A stretch of DNA of 64,000 bases from Pecten maximus (taxonomy: Eukaryota), in the NCBI RefSeq assembly GCF_902652985.1, contig NC_047024.1:22692001-22756000 (forward strand), written 5' to 3'. Positions 44,363-54,327 of the stretch are shown here, piece after piece. Position numbers and translations under genes: made by a program. Position 1 is the stretch's first letter. Each line of letters begins with the position of its first letter. The notes under the pieces were generated by a model that made no database searches, was not told where the DNA came from, and was given only the letters and a program-made list of their open reading frames with translations.

Positions 44363-44525
44363 CACAGGCGCTTGCATAGAAAATGCGATTTTCAAAAAAA
44401 AAAAAAAAAAAAAAATGATATGACAGTGGTATGTGTAATCTGTTATTTAACAGATTACACATACCACTGTCATATCAATTTTTTTTTTTTTTTTGAAAAT
44501 CGCATTTCCTATGCAAGCGCCTGTG
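44363..44525. mobile_element. Young 163-bp foldback MITE with 8-bp TSD (P/hAT-type)
   Basis: CACAGGCGCTTGCATAG...CTATGCAAGCGCCTGTG, almost entirely palindromic; TSD GTATCTTC at 44355-44362 and 44526-44533. Confidence 0.93.
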
Positions 44526-45184
44526 GTATCTTCCCGTGGCCGTGCGGAACAGATGCCGACTGTAGTGCAATGTTCATGTTGAACACCAAGATCGTCCTCA
44601 AAGGGGCGAATGCTCAACTTAAGACCAACAGCTAAGGAACCAATCAGGCTTAGGATTGTTTTTTTGTGGAAAAATAATTTGCTTCCGATTTTTCACACAA
44701 AAAAAAGAGAAGAAATTAATTGTTGCATCTATGGAGTTTAGAAAATGTTTTATCTGTTTTAGTGATGAAGAAAATAGTTTGATTCTTGCTTCAGTAAAGA
44801 GCAAAAGAACCCAGAAAGAAGAAAATTGCTGAATGAGGTCCGAAACAAAACATAATGTCGGTGACACAGGGACAGGAAACACATCTATCCTCTCCAATAT
44901 ATACTTGTATTATGACGTCTGATACAAAATATACAGGGATTTGACACACGCATAGATCCTCTCCCATAGGTAAATATATAACCCTTGTTAATGAAATCTG
45001 ATACCTGAAGTATGTCGGTGAAAAAGGCGACGAATATATAATTATATCAATCTCCTCCAAAACTTATATACTGCTTTAATGATGCCTGATACAAATTACG
45101 ATGTCAGCGACACAGGGACTTGATACACGTATCGACCTCCTCACAAACATATACAGGCTTCATTATGTGTTTGTTTAATGTACC

Positions 45185-45472
45185 TGTTGAAGGCGAATGC
45201 CGTTTAAACTTTGTGCACTACGTCATCAATTTCAGCGGACATCTAGACAAACGCCCACTGAGTATATATCAAACCTATGATAAGTATCGTAACTTGCCGG
45301 ATACATGGATCTTGTTTCTGAAGTGACGCATAAAAAAATCGGCTTTGATTTAGTATCCTGCCCGCGCAGGGACTCGAACCAGCGACCTCTCAGTGTCTAG
45401 GAGTCCTTAGGCTAGAGGGAAATTCCCGGCTAACCTCAGTTAGTTAGGTGGCCTTGTACTCTCTACTCAACA
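45185..45472 (-). mobile_element. TG..CA-bounded 288-bp unit containing a tRNA-like sequence (candidate Ajax-type solo LTR)
   Basis: Ends TGTTGA...TCAACA (6-bp IR). Minus strand at 45359-45395 reads GAGGTCGCTGGTTCGAGTCCCTGCGCGGGCA (T-arm/B box). No TSD found. Confidence 0.45.
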
Positions 45473-45639
45473 TATAATGAACATGATTAAATGAAAATTG
45501 ATTATGTCCTTGAACAATTAACTCGGCGACTATTTGCATTTAAAAGAACGCTAATTAAAGATAACAAAGAAATCATCACAAATAAACACGCATCCGTAGG
45601 CTGGCGTACACGTTCTTCTCTACTCTGGACGGAGACAAT

Positions 45640-45740
45640 AGTATGACGTCATGATACTGATGACGAAAGGTCATTTGTGACGTCACGTTCTTGTTGCTAT
45701 GCTGCTTAGCAATAGGCAAAGGCGGAGATGATTAGTCTCT
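45640..45740 (+). promoter_or_regulatory. Putative promoter of the compact gene
   Basis: Two perfect CRE palindromes TGACGTCA (45644-45651, 45678-45685), a half-site at 45661, RFX-like GTTGCTATG..CTTAGCAA, and Inr-like TTAGTC ~50 nt before the ATG. Confidence 0.45.
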
Positions 45741-45782
45741 CCCCAATTATCTACTTCTTATCTTAATTTTTGGATTACCACA

Positions 45783-46902
45783 ATGGATATCAAGATTTTC
45801 TTGATATTTGTGGTAATTCTGAACGCCATGCAGCAAGGCCCTGCTGCTTATCGGGACCTTAAGTGGTAAGTTTGGGACATTTTCTGTGATTTTTGTTTCT
45901 ACGTTGATTATACATGTATATCACGGTACCTAGATGCATTGATGGCACCCTTAAATTGTGTCGCGACATTTCACCTCAACTTTGTCACTTTATTTCTGTA
46001 GCGTGGAGCCCGAGCCAGGACATACCAAAAGATTGTTGTATTATTTCACCTCAAGAGAAATTGAGCAAGTCTGCCCAACGCAAGTCGAGCTGATGTGGGT
46101 AAGTATTGCATTCAATTAAGATACAGATTGATGTTGAAACGCATTGTAACTTGAAATGTATACATGGCTTGTAGTCGCGCTTATGCGTTTCGTGTAAATT
46201 TTATAGACGTATTTCCTTATCGAAGTTTGAATAATTCCTAATACCAGGAACATCGGATGGCTTAGAATTATCGAGGTTGATTATAACTTTTATTTGTTTT
46301 AGAGAATCGGAAATGATGTATTCCGGACGTTTCTGTGTGGTGTTATAACACTGATGTTGGTTTACACGTACGTGTGTGCACCGTCGATTGGAAACCGCGC
46401 CAAGAAGAGATGGACAACCAATGTTTGCATGTTCCAAGCATGGATAACTCGTAAGTAATATTGATATTCGTAACCACTTTCCCCAGTTCGTTTCGTTCAT
46501 AGGACAATAACGGTAAGATCCATTCGGCGCGTAATAATTTACGATATGTTAATTGTTGTGAACATTGCAATGTTTGAAGATGTGTTATAACACACATTAT
46601 CTGTTTCTACAGGCCGTTCCCTCTGTCGTTTCTGCGGAACTTCTCCATGCCAGGCCAAGAGAACATCCTGGAAGCGCTTCAGACTCCGTATCAAGAATGT
46701 GACTGATTTCGAGGAGCGATCCAATGCCATGAGGTTGTTCAGCCTCGGACTGGAGCTGTCCGTCGACCTGACAAAAGAACTTCCCCGGGATGAGCTGTAC
46801 TGGGCTAGGAAATACTGCGATCAATTCGAGGAGGACCACATGGTTCTATTCCCGCTGTGTATCCAGCGTCAAATCAATGACTGGTACCCATTGCCTCACT
46901 AG
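45783..46902 (+). CDS. Uncharacterised 205-aa predicted type I membrane protein with Cys-rich, P2X7-ballast/KolX-like cytoplasmic tail; exons 45783-45865, 46002-46098, 46303-46450, 46613-46902
   Basis: All three donors are GTAAGT; acceptors are polypyrimidine+YAG; phases 2,0,1 match; 618 nt with no internal stop. Protein: MDIKIFLIFVVILNAMQQGPAAYRDLKCVEPEPGHTKRLLYYFTSREIEQVCPTQVELMWRIGNDVFRTFLCGVITLMLVYTYVCAPSIGNRAKKRWTTNVCMFQAWITRRSLCRFCGTSPCQAKRTSWKRFRLRIKNVTDFEERSNAMRLFSLGLELSVDLTKELPRDELYWARKYCDQFEEDHMVLFPLCIQRQINDWYPLPH. Confidence 0.7.
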
Positions 46903-48811
46903 GTATGTACCCTGTCCCTCACAAATATACCCCTTTGTCCCTTGTCGGATAGGGAGTCCCCTTACGTACCCCTTCACCGGACTAAGTAATCTTTTACTCG
47001 CAAAATCATAACATGCCCATCACTAGGTAGGTAATTAAAAGTTCATTCAAATTGAAATTAATAATTGGAAATATATGTAACACAACATGAATAATCTGAT
47101 CTGAAATTCACTTTCATCAATATGAAAACTATATCACGTGACAAATATATCCTGTTTACGAGAGCGCAACTGCTGAACATGAACGTCAGTATTACGCTTT
47201 AATCTATTATTTCAATTTTTAAACGATTTTCTTCCAGATTTCTTGCAGTTTTTGGCGAATGTCGATGATGGAACCGAAGTGGCCGTGTTGACGTCATCGA
47301 TTGGTCGCAACCACGATTTATTTTATTCCTTTTCTGATAAATGAGAAATAGTGACCTAGAGATATTAATGTTGTTTTCGTTACTTAGGTACATGTATGTT
47401 TTACCTTGTAAAATTGTTTATTTTGTAGAGAGGAACATTGTACACAGATGACAAGCCGATTATAACTATTCTATGTTGGCCAGATACAAGTATATAATGT
47501 TTCGTAATGTTTCTATGGTAACCATTCACACGTGGTATAATAAAATGTCTGAACCTGACTCAACTGTTTCAGTTATATTTTTGTAAACGTCTGCCACACA
47601 TATACACATGTTCCTTGAAGTCTAATACAAATTATGATGTCGGCGTCACAAGGTCTGGACACACTTACGGATCATATCCGACATATATGTGTTTTTCGGC
47701 ATAGCTGTATAATTTTCTTTTGGCCCCGGATATGACGCGACAGGTGGCGTTACTGGTCAAGATGAAGTATGTGATTGGTCAATGTAGCGGTAAAGGCAAA
47801 ATGCAGATATGCAGTTAAAGACGAAACAAAATTAAGATTGAATGCAAGCTGAATAAGTGGATGTATCTATTCAAATGACACATTAATAAAATCATATTCC
47901 TGATTCAAATGCAGTCTAATTACCACCAAAAATGATTCAAACTGATATAATTTTGTTATCCGTGCTGAAACTGCGCATTTATTAATTAGTTCGTTAATTT
48001 ATCTCACCAGCAGTTTTACATTATAACCACCAGCATTAAAACTATCTCGTTTATCTTTTTTAAAGATATTTCTTGTTATGATTAAGTCTGATACAAAATA
48101 CAATGTCGGTGACACAGGGACTGGACACACGCATAGATCCGATCCCATATGCATGCATGTGTAATTGTATACTTGTTTAAAGAAATCTGATATAACGATA
48201 GTATGTCGGTGAAAAAGGCGCTGAACACATGCATCGATTTCCTCCAAAACATATACTTGTTTAATGAAATCTGATATAAATCATTATGTCGGCGTCGCAG
48301 GTTTGGGCACACTTACGGATTCTGTCCGACATATATATTCTTTCTGAATGAAGCCCGATACAAAATATAATGTCGAGGACGCGGGGATTGGACAGACGTA
48401 TTGATCCTGTCCGATATACATAAACTTGCTGAATGAAGTCTGATACAAAATAAAATTATCGGTGAAACAGTGACTGAGCACACACAAATCGATCCCCTCA
48501 AACATATAGATACCAAGTATGAAGTCGGTGACACAGGGGCTGGACACATGTCGATCCTCCACCACACATAAATACTTGTTTAATGAAATCTGATGGAAAT
48601 AATTACGTCGGCAGCACAGGGTCTGCAAACATGCATCGCTTCTCTCCCACATAGTATACCTGAAAATATGTTTGAGGGAAAGGATGCATGTATCCAGCCC
48701 CTGTGTCACCGAAATCATATTTTGCATCAGACTTTATTAATCGTGTATGTACACATGTGGGAGATGATTGATGCGTGTGTCGAAATTTTGACGATCCTCT
48801 CTCGCACATAT

Positions 48812-49378
48812 ATTTAAGGATTGAATCTTGATTTGGTCGATTTCATGGGGTCATGAATTGAGTTGCTCTTGAGACAAATTTAATGAACTGCGAAGCAGTT
48901 CATGTTGAATTTGTCTCACCAAAATCGACCAAATCAAGATTCAATCCTTATATTTCAATTGGTTTTTTTTTCGAATAAAAAAGTTGGTCTAGATATTAAT
49001 GTCTCGAAGCTTGTGCAAGTCCAAATGAGGAAAAGCCCGAGGAGTTCCGGATTGTGCATGTCTAGTCGGTCGAGTAAAATAGTCCGCCATTTTAGGATTA
49101 AAAAACAGCATTATTTTGTCAAAATAGAAGTATTTAGCATATCTGGTTTTTCCTAAAATACAAGAATACATTATAAATTTGATAATTTTAATAATCATTC
49201 CATGTTTATAACAACAATATAGAAAAAGTTAAATCGTTCCGCGGAAGGATTTTGTCTCTCCCCTTAACCATGTATTCATACGCACTGATCAGTGTTAATC
49301 TGGTCAAATCCATGAGCAAATGAAACAGATTAAGTTTGGAAGTTTAATTGAGTACAACTTGAGTAGAAATTGAAATAT
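48812..49378. mobile_element. Hairpin + short-IR non-autonomous element (Crypton-like), copy 2, inserted in the satellite
   Basis: Palindrome 48812-48955 capped by GCGAAGC (48890-48896); perfect IR ATATTTCAATT 48950-48960 / AATTGAAATAT 49368-49378; satellite resumes on both sides. Confidence 0.7.
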
Positions 49379-50561
49379 ATATACTTGTTTAATGAAGTCT
49401 GATAGAAAGCATTATGTCGACAGCACAGGGTCTGCAAACACAATCGATTCTCTCCAACATATTATACTTGTATATATGTTTGAGAGAATCGGTGTGTGGG
49501 TCTCGCCCCTGTGACATTATATCAGACCTCATAAAACAAGTATATATCTTATCTATATGTATGGAAGGGGATTGATGCATATATCTAAAACCTGTGCCAC
49601 CGACCTAATATTGGTAAAAGACTTCATATTACATACATATATGTACATTGTATGTGGGAGAAGATATAAGCGTGTGTCCAGCCCCTGTGACACATTTTGT
49701 ATCGGACTTTCTTTTACAAAATACATATGTAGGTGAGAGAGGATGTATGTCTGTGTCCAGCCCCTGTGCCGCCGACAATATAATTTGTATCAGACTACAT
49801 TAAAACAAGTATACATACATGTGGATGAGTATAGAAGAGTGTGTCAAGCCCCAGTGCCGCCGACATTATTATCTATGCTGAAAATAGTCAACATCTGTTC
49901 ACTAGCGGTTATCTCCCCTATATCAGGATACGGAAAAATGGGAAGTGGTTTTGTCTTCCAAGCTGGTATTGATATTATATTATACACATAGTGTTATTTT
50001 ATATAGTATCTATATCTGTATCTATGTATATTTCTTTTTCTATAGCTTGATCTATATGTATACCTAATTTTAGATATTCGCAAAAGGAACAAAAGAACAT
50101 TATGAGGAGCATATTGGTTTCTGTATCGTTTGGAAGATAACGAAACCAAACATGGTAACGAGATCACCCATTTTCACCGTACCGAACCGGTGGTAGGTAA
50201 CTATGGTTACCGACCGCCAACATGGCCGATTTACCTACTTCCGGTTCTGTACAGTGATTTTAAAGCATTTATTATGAGGGAATGGGTTGTGACATATACC
50301 AATATTGATTTAGAATTGAGTACTTCTAGAAACAGAAGTTTAATAAAACTAGTAGATACAAAAATCAGCCGTTAAAAAAACTGGATATATGCAATTCAAA
50401 CATGATAGTGATAATTTAGTGATAAATTAACGTTTGTGTAGAGAGTCAATGACTGCGGCACTAGCATGTCAAATTCTGATAGAGTGCTGTCCCCTTGCTT
50501 ATTCAACATGGCGCCGACTTCTCGGCCACTGTACCGCGTGGACTGGCAAATTGTTAGCCAT

Positions 50562-51740
50562 GTACTCAAGGAAGTCTGAAAGAGTGAAGAAATTGTCAAG
50601 AACATTGGGGGAACCAAAATCGGTGCTCTCCACAGACATATTCATGGCGGAAGGTGTGGTATCGCAATTGGACGATTGCTCAGAATGTGAGGCTGAGGTT
50701 CAGGGCGAGAAAAATGTTGTTCTCGAAGTCAAATCGCCCAATATCAAGACATTACCGCATGTAAATGATCATGATGGTATCAGGGTTACTCCGGGTAGCG
50801 GTCGGGGGCGTGGCTACATACCCCGCTACCACAAACGAAAGTGGGATTGCTTAATAGATTAAGTCAGGCTAGTGAACATTCGGAACTAGATCATTGCGAG
50901 GCCGAGTTGGCTACGATACAGTTAGAAGAAAAAAAGATGCGTTTGAGAAGGGAAATAGATGCAACTAGGCAACGACTGTTGGGTTTCCAGCTCCCGACCC
51001 CTAACGGGATTCCTCTGGGGGCCCTCCCCAGCGAAGCGTGTCAACATACCTGCCACCAGCATTACAGGCGCATAATTCTAACAACGCGTCCGACAATGTT
51101 CAGCGACAACCCCCATCCAACAATGACAGCGAGTATTTCTTGCAAAACAATTCCTAGGAATCTCGGCCAGGTCGAACATTCAGATAAAAAGACCAAAACA
51201 TATAAAATTGTTGATTTCCTTTGGGATGAGCCTAGTGTCAAGGATAATGATATTCAAGATACATTGACAATCGAGGCAGGGCCGCAACACGAAACCAGAT
51301 TTACAAAATATATCAGTCGAACAATGGGGTTATGGGGCCGTGTCTATTCTCCTTCATATGCTGGAACAGAAGGACATCAATGTCACAGGTGTTAATCAAT
51401 ATCTGAAGAACATGCAACGGACCTTTCGCTTCTTTCACAGATACACGCGCCCCAGTGTGCTGTGTTATGATAAAGAATTCAGGGAGGCCCAAAACACGAG
51501 GATTTGGCATGGAACGCCTCCAGAAGGGATATATAGGACTTCCAGCTGGTCCAGAAACCGATGAAGTCGATGTCCGAGGCACCGACAGCGTCGAAGCACC
51601 GCAGAGGCCCATATCTACCCGGCGGGAAAAAAGAGATCTGTTGTAGGTTTAATATGGAAGCCTGTGTTTAAGAACTGTCGGTTGGCTCATAACTGTAGTC
51701 TATGTTTTGGGGACTACCCTGATTTAAAACACCCATAAAA
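50562..51740 (+). pseudogene. Ngaro gag-like ORF1 (frameshifted)
   Basis: ORF fragments containing YKIVDFL, VLCYDKEFREAQ and a terminal Cys/His knuckle (ICCRFN...C...NCRLAHNCSLCFG) typical of DIRS/Ngaro gag. Confidence 0.65.
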
Positions 51741-51744
51741 AAAA

Positions 51745-53440
51745 CTAGAGCCGGTCCCTGGGCCGTCTCAGGGTAACTGGGCCGAGGAGGTTTTCATTGC
51801 CAGCCCCCTGAAATGGACAGAATGGAAGGAGCTTTTACCACATGGTGATGTAGATAGAGACTATATTCTTCATGGTGTCAAATATGGTTTTAAGTTGTTG
51901 GACTGTGATCTTTCACAGATACCGGTGATGGAAACAAACAGCTACTCTTCATGTTCACAGTATTTTGATTTGGTTGAGCAACAGATACAGTATGAGCTTA
52001 GGCAGGGTAACTACAAAATAACTGAGACAACACCGCGTATAATAAGTGTTCTTTGGGCGATACCAAAATCAGAAACAAAAATCAGACTAATACATGATGC
52101 TAGTCAGCCAAGACAAAAATCGTTAAATCACTATAGTTTGGCGAAATCAAACTGCTCGTGTAGTTACATGGATATAAGGGAGGCAATTAAGCATGTCACA
52201 CCTGGGTGTTTCTTAGCCAAGTTCGATTTGTGCAGTGCATATCGATCAGTGCCGATTAGTCCCATGAATTATTCCGCAACAGGCCTAAAGTGGACATTTT
52301 CAGGGCACAATGCCCCCACATATATGTTTGATTGTCGCCTGCCGTTCGGAGATTCACGAAGCCCATAGATTTTTCAGAGACTAAGTGCAGCGGTGTGCCG
52401 TATCCTGAAACACAAATTTGGTTTTACCGTTATTTCGTACCTTGATGATTTTCTCATTCTGGAAAAATCAGAGGAGCGGAGCGTTGCCATTTGGCACTTA
52501 CGACATTACTCCGCGTGTTACGACAGCTCGGTTTCTCGATCAACTGGTCCAAGCTTGTCGGCCCGACCACCCGTTTGGTGTTTCTAGGTATAGCGATTGA
52601 CACGGTAAAAATGTCTAGAATGTCCCGAGGACACACTGTGCGCGTTCACAAACCTGCTTCAGTCTTATGCCGAAAAGAAACGCGCCAGCAAAGGTCAGCT
52701 CGAAACATTGTGTGGGAAACTCAGCTGGGCGTCGCAGGTTATCTGTGGGGGCAGGGCTTTTCTCCGTAGGATGATTTCATTAAAAGACTCTATACAATTG
52801 CGAAAGCAAAAAGTCTTACTGTCTTCCAACTTTCGAAAAGGTGGCTTGCGTTTCTGAAAACATTTAATGGTAGCTGTAGCATCCTGGACTCCAAATCAGT
52901 TACGTCGTTACAAACGGATGCATGTAACATGGGTGCAGGGCTTACTATCATGACGATTATATGTACACTAACTGGCCTCTTGATATGCCACCTATGTGCG
53001 ACCAACATATAAATGTGAAGGAACTAGTGGCGATATTCTTGGCAGTGTGTCGCTGGTGTGAACATTTTCGGGACCGAAAAGTCATTATATACATCGACAA
53101 GAAGTCAGCAGCCTCGTGGGTTAATAAGGGCTTATCCCGGTGTGAAGTTAGCATGCATTTGTTGCGCATCCTTTTCTGGTTTTGTGCTTATTTTAACATC
53201 AGCATAAAGTGTGTATACCTGTCAGGTGCGCGTAACATTAGAGCAGACAGGAGCTCTCGATTACACGAACCAAACACGTTAAGTAAACTGTATGACCTGC
53301 TACCATCATTGTTCTTGCTACCGTTTTCTGCAGAACATCTTGTTTACCACATGTCGTACCGTTTTCTCTTCTTCAGATGGAATTCAAGAATTGGTACTGC
53401 TATCTACGGCGGAAACCCTGAAAAGAAATGCGTGGGCTGA
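51745..53440 (+). pseudogene. Ngaro reverse transcriptase / RNase H (stops and frameshifts)
   Basis: RT motifs IRLIHDAS, KFDLCSAYR, RLPFG, YLDD (~52438), FLGIAID; RNase H motifs QTDA, HINVKELVAI, NIRADRSSR. In-frame TAG at 52366-52368. Confidence 0.9.
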
Positions 53441-54327
53441 TTCGACCAGCGCCACGTACGCCACGCACCTCAAGTGCTACCACAGCTTTTGCGCAGCTAT
53501 GAACTATGATCCGGTGCCAGCGTCGTCACAAATGCTTCAAGTGTATATCGCGTATTTGACAACAGTGAATGGTTTGAAATATCAGTCGATTAGACAATAC
53601 TTACTATACTACAATAGTGACTCACATCCATAAGGCGTCTGGTTTGGCGGACCCTTTTGAGGGCGGCTATATATATAAAGTGACTCAGGAGTTAAAAGGT
53701 TTAAAGCGGGTTGTAGGGATAGCGCAATCCACAGTGGATACAATAACTCCGCAGTTACTGAAGTCAATCTATGGGAGTCTATCTTGGTTATGCCTCAGTG
53801 ATTTTTCTTTCTGGTATGCATGTCTAGCAGCATTCTTCGGCTTGCTCCGTCCTGGTAACATCACAGTTCGTGGACCTTTTAACCAATCAAATGATTTACG
53901 GCGAGTGGGTGCTATTTTGTATTCGTGCCGGTATATACTATCCTCGTTAAAGACCAAGACAATTCAATTTAGGGAGAGGGAAGTAGAAGTCCCTCTGCCC
54001 CGTATAATGTCCGATAGTGGGTTGTGCCCTGCACGTGCTCTTCAAACATTGTTAGAGAAATCACCACGGGCAGACCCTTTGGGTCCACTTTTTCTGAATG
54101 ACAGTGACGGGGCGCTGAGTTACAAGGAATTCAGGAACAAACTGTCTTTATGTTTTAATTCAGTCGGAATCAACAATTGTAACTATAAAGGTCACTCATT
54201 ACGGCGGGGAGGACCCTCCTGGCTCTCCAAGCTGGGCGTCCCTATTGACATGATCAAAACATTGGGGCTCTGGGCCAGTGACGCAGTATACCGTATATTC
54301 CCGATTCATGCAGTCAATCATAATTAA
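53385..54327 (+). pseudogene. Ngaro tyrosine recombinase (frameshifted)
   Basis: N-terminal SAM-like region (AWADSTSATY...LKYQSIRQYL), AFFGLLRPGN, KTKT, CPARAL, GHSLRRGG, LGLWASDAVYR. Confidence 0.9.

Larger units (their letters stand above)
44825..49870. repeat. Degenerate ~80-85-bp satellite in interrupted blocks: 44825-45155, 47600-47690, 48085-48660, 49380-49470 forward; 48670-48790, 49480-49870 reversed
   Basis: Unit ~TTGTTTAATGAAGTCTGATACAAAATATAATGTCGGTGACACAGGG.CTGGACACAC..AT.GATCCTC.CC.ACATATATAC, present in both orientations. Confidence 0.85.

Noticed and set aside
45359-45453. Functional tRNA gene
   Set aside because: Only the T-arm/B box is convincing; the acceptor, D and anticodon arms could not be folded into a cloverleaf.
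45655-45690. Hammerhead ribozyme core (CTGATGA-C-GAAA)
   Set aside because: No stem II between the core boxes and no closing stems I/III found; better explained as CRE-like motifs.
45555-47202. Kolobok boundaries (TTAA|AG ... CT|TTAA) around the compact gene
   Set aside because: The ends are not complementary beyond 2 bp and there is no transposase; insufficient support despite the KolX-like motif.
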